A DNA stretch of 13,807 nt, taken from contig JAEOTS010000062.1 in the NCBI GenBank assembly GCA_016839745.1, positions 1-13,807 of the forward strand. The letters run 5' to 3'. Source of the stretch: Promethearchaeota archaeon (GTDB lineage: Archaea > Asgardarchaeota > Lokiarchaeia > Sigyniarchaeales > SOKP01). The translations under genes and the position numbers were made by a program. Below are positions 1-7,042 of the stretch, piece after piece (within the stretch, counting starts at the first letter, position 1; every line of letters begins with the position of its first letter). A model generated the notes under the pieces. That model was not told the DNA's origin. It was given only the letters and a program-made list of their open reading frames with translations, and did not search any database.

Positions 1-632
1 AGAAATCCTGTGTTTGAATAATGCCTTTCTGTTCCACCAGGTTGTGTATCCCAGTTATCTGAAACATAATAAGGACCAGCAGGATTTAAGGACCCATTTA
101 AGAATTCCCCTAATGTAGGACGTGAAAACCAGAGTGGGAAAGTTGTTCCTAAATTATTGTTAGTCCAATTAAGCATCTCCCAATCAAAATCCCAGAGTTC
201 ATTGTCAGAAACATCATCGCTTATTCCGGATCTATGAGTTAAAAGCAATCGCGGTGTTATTGGAGTGCCTGGATAGCTCGGATGCGTAACATTGAACGGA
301 ATGTAATCATTAATATTAGTGTCCAGATCAAGCGAACCATTATCATATAGTTGCATTATGGCTGTTGCTGTAAACATTTTTGTTACTGAACCAATCATAT
401 AGACAGTATCTAAGTCAGATTGGTCACCAAAACCTTTGGACCAAATTAAAGTATCGTTAATAACTATACCCGCAGCGAAAGAAGGGATATGCCCCTGTGA
501 CATCAATCTACTTATTCTTGAATCCAGAGTTTCTTCATTTTGAGGCTGGAATATAATTACAGCAGAGATTATTCCCGCAGTTAGAATGACTGCTATAATA
601 CTTATCCCTAAGATATATTTTTTATTCACCAT
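1..632 (-). CDS. Serine hydrolase, beta-lactamase class C/AmpC-like family, with N-terminal membrane anchor or signal (3' end outside window)
   Basis: Absent from the ORF track, translated by hand from ATG at 632: MVNKKYILGISIIAVILTAGIISAVIIIFQPQ... (hydrophobic N-terminus), IPSFAAGIV...WSKGFG, catalytic SxxK (IGSVTK), LLTHRSG, and YSN (RHYSNTGF, nt 20-12) in frame. SD-like AAGGGGA just upstream. Confidence 0.93.
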   Translation of the reverse strand, partial: MVNKKYILGISIIAVILTAGIISAVIIFQPQNEETLDSRISRLMSQGHIPSFAAGIVINDTLIWSKGFGDQSDLDTVYMIGSVTKMFTATAIMQLYDNGSLDLDTNINDYIPFNVTHPSYPGTPITPRLLLTHRSGISDDVSDNELWDFDWEMLNWTNNNLGTTFPLWFSRPTLGEFLNGSLNPAGPYYVSDNWDTQPGGTERHYSNTGF

Positions 633-730
633 TTAATCCCCTTTTATGTTATCTTCAAAAATTTAGTTAATTAATTTATTTTCGATGTTAAAATATTTAA
701 ATTTTCATTACCCATTACACAAATTTATCA

Positions 731-1207
731 TTACCAACAGGTTGGATCAAAAAACGTATTATACTTTTTTAACCAATTACAGATCGTATATTCTGAGTAA
801 TCTTCAGTTATTTCTTCTCCGATTTGAATATCTCGTAGAGCTACTGAGCAGAAAGTGGATTCATCTTCAGATATTCCAGAGTTAGGATTGGTAGAATGAT
901 TAAGATATCTAGAATTATCCAAACAGAAAACTATTGCATCGATATCACGCTCGTAATACGAATAAATGAGTAAGATGTTCATAAATTCCTCCATTTGCGG
1001 CGATTTAACGGAGGAATCAAGCGTAAGGAATTGTTCTTTAGTAATAATCATCACATCTTCCTCACGAGCGTACCACCAAACCGTTCCTTTAGGAATTAAT
1101 TTTTTTGCAAACAATCCAAATCCATGAATTTTACTTTGTCCTACTACTGTAAATTCTTCAATAGGATTAATTGAAGTCGGATTAAACGGTACTATTATGT
1201 CGGTCAT
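731..1207 (-). CDS. SET-domain protein (putative protein-lysine methyltransferase)
   Basis: All SET motifs present: SKIHGFGLFA (GxG), IPKGT, RYLNHSTNPN (NHSxxPN), ALRDIQIGEEITEDY. Confidence 0.93.
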   Translation of the reverse strand: MTDIIVPFNPTSINPIEEFTVVGQSKIHGFGLFAKKLIPKGTVWWYAREEDVMIITKEQFLTLDSSVKSPQMEEFMNILLIYSYYERDIDAIVFCLDNSRYLNHSTNPNSGISEDESTFCSVALRDIQIGEEITEDYSEYTICNWLKKYNTFFDPTCW

Positions 1208-1281
1208 TAATTACTGTTAATTTAATAAGTTTTAAATAATTTGTATGTTAAATTTATAATCGTCCCTCCTATATTCATAAC

Positions 1282-1290
1282 TTTTAAATA
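1282..1290 (+). promoter_or_regulatory. Possible archaeal TATA box for the small membrane-peptide ORF
   Basis: TTTTAAATA about 35 nt upstream of ATG 1325. The AT-rich background makes this weak. Confidence 0.3.
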
Positions 1291-1324
1291 ATCTATTTCG
1301 GTAGAATAGAGTGAATAACGGATC

Positions 1325-1444
1325 ATGGGGGAAATGAAAATGGATTTCTTTAAAATTTATACAATTTTTCTTACAATCGTAGGGTTTGCGGTCCTATTTG
1401 CGTTAGGCTACGTATTAGTAAGTTTTGGAAGTCTATTTTTTTAG
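1325..1444 (+). CDS. Small single-pass membrane peptide, 34-39 aa
   Basis: MGEMKMDFFKIYTIFLTIVGFAVLFALGYVLVSFGSLFF*. Three in-frame ATGs (1325, 1334, 1340), GGGGG SD-like run before the later ones, upstream TATA-like box, no overlap with other genes. Confidence 0.55.
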   Translation: MGEMKMDFFKIYTIFLTIVGFAVLFALGYVLVSFGSLFF

Positions 1445-1573
1445 CTCTGATCTTAATTTTCTACCTCACTTTAATTGAACCAGCTAAATAAGAAAAAAGA
1501 ATTTAATCTTTTGATTTTTAACTAAATACAACGGTTCCTTCCGTAAGAAATTAGTATTTTTGTTAGAAAAACC

Positions 1574-1960
1574 TTATAATGGATAATTTGAAGAATGAGT
1601 AGCTCCTTTTTTACCCTCGATTAAATGTTTTACATCTTGTTTAATTAATCTAAAATCGTTTTCTCCTTCTACTTCTATCTCGTAAATTTTTTTTAAATCT
1701 TTATTACCCGAATTTTGCAGTAGTTTTGTAAACAAATCAATGGAATACGAGCATGGATTTTCAGATATCTGTATTAATATACATCTTGTAGTGTTAAGTT
1801 CACGATTAAAATTTGACTCATGTAATGTGATTTCGTACCTACCTTTACAGTATTCTATCTCTATTTTGAAACTATCTTTAAATTCTTTTAACTCCGTTAA
1901 AAGGTTAGAGATATTATCTGGAACATCACTTAATGATGCAATATGATCAATATCATACAT
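1574..1960 (-). CDS. Hypothetical protein, 128 aa
   Basis: ATG start, fills the gap between neighbours on the same strand, globular charged composition. No motif recognised. Confidence 0.7.
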   Translation of the reverse strand: MYDIDHIASLSDVPDNISNLLTELKEFKDSFKIEIEYCKGRYEITLHESNFNRELNTTRCILIQISENPCSYSIDLFTKLLQNSGNKDLKKIYEIEVEGENDFRLIKQDVKHLIEGKKGATHSSNYPL

Positions 1961-2079
1961 GTTAATTACATATACTCTTATCCAATTCCAATATGAAAGA
2001 TTTCCTATTTAAATACTCTTTTTCAGTATTCTATTAAAAATATGTCGGAAGAAACAGATTACATTCTTTTAACTCCTTC

Positions 2080-2796
2080 TTACAATTCCCGCCCGATTCC
2101 ATAATATATAAAAATTGCAGAGGGAATTATAACAAAAGTGGTAATTATACTCCACAGAGAGCTAAATAAAGAGTTTTGCCAGGTTAAATAAAGAACTGTC
2201 CCGTAAATTGAAGAAAGCATTCCATAAATACCAATGATAAAGATGATTAGTTTCCTCTTTAACATCTTATCTTGAAATGTTTTAATTAGGCGCCTTGAAT
2301 ACCATATTGTTGGTAAAACAATAAAAACCGTTAGAGAAATATACACTAAAGTTAAAAAACCCCAACTATAGGATGGACGCCACAGTTCGCTGAATATAAT
2401 TCCGTTGGGAGTAAAAAAAATGATAAAAACTATGAAACCATATATTAATGTGATAATTAATTGCTTTTTAATTGTAAAAACATCTCCTAATCTAAGTATG
2501 CTAATTATAAATGTAAGGATAAAAACTGGTGAAAAAAGCAAAGCAAAGTAACTTAAAAAGTAAATTACTAACAATAATGCAACATTTTCTGGTTGAAACA
2601 CCGCTAAAACTACATGTAGAGCATTAAAAATCAGGCCCGAAGCTGAAAGGAAGTAAAGCATACATAAAGTAAGTGTGGGGCGCTGCTGGTTACGTCTTAA
2701 TAACTTTATAGCAAGGAATAAAAATAAACCAGCCAAAATTAACTGTGGGATAAAAATTATTAATAGTCTTCCTGTATCCGTTGATTGCAGTAGCAC
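2080..2796 (-). CDS. Polytopic (~7 TM) membrane protein without an attached enzymatic domain
   Basis: About seven hydrophobic segments separated by short basic loops (LRRNQQRP, SRRLIKTFQDKMLKRKL). Start placed at GTG 2796 because GAGGT lies 6 nt upstream. The track start at 2817 is an alternative. Confidence 0.8.
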   Translation of the reverse strand: MLLQSTDTGRLLIIFIPQLILAGLFLFLAIKLLRRNQQRPTLTLCMLYFLSASGLIFNALHVVLAVFQPENVALLLVIYFLSYFALLFSPVFILTFIISILRLGDVFTIKKQLIITLIYGFIVFIIFFTPNGIIFSELWRPSYSWGFLTLVYISLTVFIVLPTIWYSRRLIKTFQDKMLKRKLIIFIIGIYGMLSSIYGTVLYLTWQNSLFSSLWSIITTFVIIPSAIFIYYGIGREL

Positions 2797-3000
2797 TTCT
2801 ATACCTCTATAATTCACTAATTACGAAATTAATTCTCTGCTTTATCACTAAAAGTAGTTGTTAAATCATTTAAATAAATATAAATAATATGTGAATATAA
2901 ATTAGTTGTTTTAATCAAGTTTAGCTTATAATTTTAATTCATTTTAATCAAAAAATGTGAGTCTGATTAGACGCTAAATAAATGATTTTATTTCTTTTCT

Positions 3001-3035
3001 AATTTCCGTGAAATCTTTTATACAAAAAGGAAATT
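3001..3035 (-). terminator. Possible hairpin/oligo-T terminator right after the YghO-like GNAT stop
   Basis: AATTTCC (3001-3007) and GGAAATT (3029-3035) form a 7-bp inverted repeat adjoining the stop codon, and the minus strand has a T5 run inside. Confidence 0.3.
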
Positions 3036-4049
3036 TTATATTGAATACTCCAGAATTAGATGCGTTCTCTTATGTTTTTGGCCATATTTTTTCGCAATTC
3101 TAATGCTATGTTTTACATTTTTTTCTATTGGAGATGAATTATAACTTATATTATTATCCCAAGCTTCTTTTCCTGAGTATAGAGTTAACAACCAACCTAA
3201 ACCTTTCCCTTGATGTTCTTTTTCTAATAGGATTATGAATGCCTCCAATGAATCATAAATCTCGCTTTCATTCTTTCTAAAGGGATTAGGCAAGCTAAAA
3301 AAACAACCAACTATATCACCCGTGATTTTATACTTGAGAAAATTAATCATAAAAAGATCGCCATACCGTTTTATAAAATCTATATAGTCCTCGTAAAGAT
3401 GTTCTGTTCCGGGAGTTATAGCGGATTCACGAGGGAGATTTGTGTATAAATCAAAAAATCTTGATTTAAAATTCAAGACTTCTTTCCAGCTTTTTGGATG
3501 GAACATTTCATAGTTTTCAGAATCGAAAATATTTAGACTTTTTGAGTCAATTTTAATCACCGGACCCTCTAAAGACAATTCTTTCGTTTTTAGAGTAAAT
3601 CCTTTATGGAAAAACAATTCTTGATATATTGGGGGATTTATTGGTTTACCTATATATATACTTACTTCGCTTCCCTCCTCCATAAAGCCCCAGCCATAAA
3701 TAACAGTCGGAATATTTATAGGTCCAATTATTTTAGAAAATTTGTTAACTTCTCCATATTCAATCAAATTATCCAATAAGAAGCAAATTTTATTAATATC
3801 GTGATTAAATACACCAAAAAATCCGAAATAGAGAATTTCAGTGTTTTCGTTAAATAATAATACATGTCCAGAGATATTACCATCTTCCGTAAGTAAAATT
3901 GATTTAGCTTGGAAGGTGTTAAGAACATGTATGATATATTGGTAGAATTCGGGCCAAATAGGTAACTCTGTACCAATATATAACCATTTCAGAATCTCAT
4001 CGGTTCTGTCTTCAATTTTAATACCAAAATTTGGATGGGCTTTTTTAAT
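3036..4049 (-). CDS. YghO-like double-GNAT acyltransferase-fold protein (~337 aa), start non-canonical or interrupted
   Basis: Frame is open from 4055 to 3036. The family-type motif LYFGFFGV lies upstream of the track's TTG start. Also IIGPINIP...GWGFMEEG...PINPPIYQELFFHKGF, IVGCFFSLPNP and the acyl-CoA motif EHQGKGLG. AGGTGA (4061-4056) is 6 nt before ATT at 4049. Confidence 0.75.
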   Translation of the reverse strand: MKKAHPNFGIKIEDRTDEILKWLYIGTELPIWPEFYQYIIHVLNTFQAKSILLTEDGNISGHVLLFNENTEILYFGFFGVFNHDINKICFLLDNLIEYGEVNKFSKIIGPINIPTVIYGWGFMEEGSEVSIYIGKPINPPIYQELFFHKGFTLKTKELSLEGPVIKIDSKSLNIFDSENYEMFHPKSWKEVLNFKSRFFDLYTNLPRESAITPGTEHLYEDYIDFIKRYGDLFMINFLKYKITGDIVGCFFSLPNPFRKNESEIYDSLEAFIILLEKEHQGKGLGWLLTLYSGKEAWDNNISYNSSPIEKNVKHSIRIAKKYGQKHKRTHLILEYSI

Positions 4050-4055
4050 TTTAAT

Positions 4056-4061
4056 TCACCT
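4056..4061 (-). promoter_or_regulatory. Shine-Dalgarno-like AGGTGA overlapping an in-frame TGA
   Basis: Plus strand TCACCT at 4056-4061 matches the archaeal GGAGGTGA consensus core, followed by ATTAAA ATT. Confidence 0.55.
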
Positions 4062-4118
4062 ACACTTATGATCTAATTCTACCATAAAATGATAAAAATT
4101 TAAATAAAAGATAAAAGT

Positions 4119-5366
4119 TTATTTTTTCCTTATTTCCTTGAGATATTTTATGGTTTTAAGAAACTCTTCCGTTTCTCGAATTAAGTGAATGTTTTTATTT
4201 AAATTTTTTTCATGATATACAAAAAGTACTTGGTCTTCATATAAATTATTATCTTTATTATACTTGAAAGCCGGAATATAACCTGTAGGTTTAAATCCTG
4301 CGTTATAGAATAGTGTTTGATGAGTAGAATCATATGCAGATAAAAATACTTCCATATATCGTAGTTTAAATTCCAAAATTATTGATTTTATCTCCTCTAA
4401 AAACACATATAGATCTTCTAAAGTCGAAACCTTATAATCGACTTTTTCAACAATATGGATATTCTTGTAATGAAAAAATTGTAAATAATTATTGGTTCCT
4501 TTCATCGAAATTGTTATTAGTTCGGTACCAAATTTATCTTTTTCAATCCTTCTCAATATAATTTTTCTATTGAGTTTGATTTTTTTCTGATCTAATTCCG
4601 ATTCTAAATTACTATCATTCTGTATCACTGGCAATCCTAAATTATACTTCTGAAAAGCATGGAAATAACAGAAGATAGCTGGTGAAATTAATTGAGGTTT
4701 TTGATAGCACCTATAATCGTTTAAAATTTTCTGACAATACGTAACGAATAAAATTTCTGATTCAGGTTGGTTAAAAAAGATATCCTTATTAGGGAGAAAC
4801 CCTACAGGACTTAATCCAGTTAATTTTGCAATATATTGAATACTAGAAAAACCAGATCGAATTTCAGCAAACCAAAGAAATATTTGATTTTTAAATTTTT
4901 GCATAGGAGCTACAACACACGCAATACTCGCAGTAGAAATATCTGCTATATGTTGATATTTCTTTCTAAAGGCAAATCCAAAAAAATTACCAATTTTATT
5001 TTCAAAATCAAGGCGAATTCCTATACAACCTGCAATAATATCTGGTTTTAATGTAAAAATAATCCAATAATAATTAGGATTACTTATCATGTTCTGTATT
5101 TCAGAGACACTCTCTATTTGTTTATAAGGATATGTATTTTGATAGACTTCTTTGAAGATTTTAGTGATTTCTTCAGCATCCTTTCTAGTAGCAAACTTTA
5201 TTGACGGAATTATCTTATCATTCCGAGTAGAATCTTCAAAATTATGCCCTTCTTCTAAGTTTATTTCCCTTGCCCACGGATATGTATTTATCATATCTTC
5301 AATTGAAGTAATCTCTTCTCTAGTTTTAGTCACATTTCTAGAGAACATAGTTAAATGGTCATCCAT
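4119..5366 (-). CDS. GNAT-family N-acetyltransferase-fold protein, 415 aa, probably two GNAT domains
   Basis: IKFATRKDAEEITKIFKEVYQNTYPY (GNAT beta1-alpha1, reminiscent of beta-lysine acetyltransferase AblB/YodP), GLSPVGFLP, and a second C-terminal FYNAGFKPTGYIPAF motif. Confidence 0.8.
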   Translation of the reverse strand: MDDHLTMFSRNVTKTREEITSIEDMINTYPWAREINLEEGHNFEDSTRNDKIIPSIKFATRKDAEEITKIFKEVYQNTYPYKQIESVSEIQNMISNPNYYWIIFTLKPDIIAGCIGIRLDFENKIGNFFGFAFRKKYQHIADISTASIACVVAPMQKFKNQIFLWFAEIRSGFSSIQYIAKLTGLSPVGFLPNKDIFFNQPESEILFVTYCQKILNDYRCYQKPQLISPAIFCYFHAFQKYNLGLPVIQNDSNLESELDQKKIKLNRKIILRRIEKDKFGTELITISMKGTNNYLQFFHYKNIHIVEKVDYKVSTLEDLYVFLEEIKSIILEFKLRYMEVFLSAYDSTHQTLFYNAGFKPTGYIPAFKYNKDNNLYEDQVLFVYHEKNLNKNIHLIRETEEFLKTIKYLKEIRKK

Positions 5367-5519
5367 ACGCTACTTAACATTATCATTATATTATTATTAA
5401 ATTTATGGAATATGTGGAAGATAATTAGCTACGATAATTTATAAAGGAAAAATTTTGGAGTTTACTTTTGAAGAAAATTAAACAAAATTGTCGATTTATT
5501 AGATTAGCTTCTTTTCCAT

Positions 5520-5557
5520 TAGTTCGAACTATACGTGAACTTCACGATTCGAAACTA
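5520..5557. promoter_or_regulatory. Nested palindromes, putative operator between divergent GNAT and MFS genes
   Basis: TAGTTCGAACTA (5520-5531, perfect 12-bp palindrome), CGTGAA-C-TTCACG (5534-5546) and TTCGAAACTA (5548-5557). Confidence 0.5.
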
Positions 5558-5585
5558 TTTATTGAATCTATCGTATCAAATATTA

Positions 5586-5602
5586 AAGAAAAAGGTTTTA
5601 AG
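5586..5602 (+). promoter_or_regulatory. Putative BRE/TATA promoter of the MFS gene
   Basis: Purine run AAGAAAAAGG followed by TTTTAAG, about 36 nt upstream of ATG 5638. Confidence 0.4.
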
Positions 5603-5637
5603 TCGTAAGAATAGAGAATTGAAGGTTTTAAAAAAAA

Positions 5638-6927
5638 ATGGAAGAATTACCAACGAAAAAATCGTTTAGGCACTATCTTTATTTTATGGCTGGACAACAA
5701 TTTTCGTTATTGGGTTCAGGAATTATAGGTTTTGTTATCACTTGGTGGATTACCGTTGAGACGCAGAGCGTTTTTTATCTATCGTTAGCAACCTTCTTGA
5801 TTTTCCTGCCTCAAGTAATAGTCACGCCGTTTGCGGGAGTAATTTCCGATCGACTGAACCGTAAAACCATTATATTTACTGTTGATTCCTTGCAAGCCAT
5901 TTTGACATGTGGCTTGTTTCTGATATTTCTAACTGGCTTTACTCATATTTGGATTATATTAATTATTCACACAATGCGAAATACGCTTTATGCATTTCAA
6001 GTCCCTACATTCTACGCGATACTGCCTTCTATGGTTCCCAAAGATAAAATAAGCAGAGTTAACGGAGCCAACTCTTTATTTTCTGGCTTGGTATTCATGG
6101 TCGGTCCGATCTTATCGGCTTTAATGTTAGAACTGTTCCCAATTACCTATATCTTTCTTGTTGATGTTGTTACATTTTTAATTGCGATTGTTCCTTTATT
6201 ATTGGTAAAGATTCCTTTCAATGCTAAAGAAACTAGGGCTGTTGAGAAAACATCTTTTATGAGGGAATTCAAAGATGGATTCATTATCGTAAAGGCGATA
6301 CCAGGTCTTCTTAGTATGATCATTTTTGCTATGATTTTTAACTTTATATTTAGACCCTTCGGAGTGTTGTGGCCCTATTTTATCAATGTTATACATAACG
6401 GTTCGGCGTTTCATTTAGCGTTCTTATTTGGCTCAATCCAAGTTGGGAATGTGATTGGTTCTTTAATTACATCGATAAAGAAAGAATGGAAGAACAAAAT
6501 TAAAATCAATTTAATCGGAGAAATGGTTTACTTCACGTTTTACACGCTGATAGTTTTAGCACCCTATCAAAATTTCATTTTGATGATGATAGGTGGGTTT
6601 CTCGGAGCGATTATCTTTCCTATTACTGTTTCTACTTACTTAACGATTTTGCAGACCGTTGTTCCATCTGATAAAATAGGGCGCGTTATGTCAATTGATC
6701 ACACGGTATCTATGGCAATTGCTCCCATTGGTGCGTTATTAGTTGGACCACTCGCGGGTTTAATGGGTGTTGTGAATCTATTACTCGCCAGTGCTATAAT
6801 AGGAATTGTAAACCCGATTATTTTATGGTTTTTCACTAAGATAAGATATCTAGATCGTCCACAAGAACCAAAAGTAGAAGTTATGCCTACCCATAAGGTA
6901 ATAGAATTCGAAACAAAAGAAATTTAA
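5638..6927 (+). CDS. MFS transporter, DHA3/MefA-like efflux family
   Basis: About 12 TM helices. GQQFSLLGS N-terminus, motif A (FAGVISDRLNRKTII), LPSMVPKDKISRVNG, FMREFKDGF, LQTVVPSDKIGRVMS. Confidence 0.93.
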   Translation: MEELPTKKSFRHYLYFMAGQQFSLLGSGIIGFVITWWITVETQSVFYLSLATFLIFLPQVIVTPFAGVISDRLNRKTIIFTVDSLQAILTCGLFLIFLTGFTHIWIILIIHTMRNTLYAFQVPTFYAILPSMVPKDKISRVNGANSLFSGLVFMVGPILSALMLELFPITYIFLVDVVTFLIAIVPLLLVKIPFNAKETRAVEKTSFMREFKDGFIIVKAIPGLLSMIIFAMIFNFIFRPFGVLWPYFINVIHNGSAFHLAFLFGSIQVGNVIGSLITSIKKEWKNKIKINLIGEMVYFTFYTLIVLAPYQNFILMMIGGFLGAIIFPITVSTYLTILQTVVPSDKIGRVMSIDHTVSMAIAPIGALLVGPLAGLMGVVNLLLASAIIGIVNPIILWFFTKIRYLDRPQEPKVEVMPTHKVIEFETKEI

Positions 6928-6936
6928 TTTTTTTTT
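6928..6936 (+). terminator. Oligo-T (T9) archaeal-type terminator
   Basis: Nine T directly after the MFS stop codon. Confidence 0.45.
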
Positions 6937-7042
6937 ACCAAATTTGTTGAGTATATCCTTTTTTATCTTATTTTCATTGAAATAAGTAACTCTCAACGAA
7001 ATCGTAAATAATTTTTTATAAGAAATTAGCAATAATAATATT

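Noticed and set aside
2080-2796. Rhodopsin call for the 7TM protein
   Set aside because: No Lys in the last TM helix and no rhodopsin helix C motif.
2905-2945. AUGA...UGA pair downstream of the TGA-containing GNAT gene as a SECIS
   Set aside because: Only about 20 nt between the putative core halves and no pairing helix, so it is not a credible SECIS by eye.
3764-3976. 70-aa minus-strand ORF as a separate gene or frameshifted 5' half of the GNAT
   Set aside because: The GNAT's own frame is open through this region and carries the conserved-looking motif, so no frameshift is needed.
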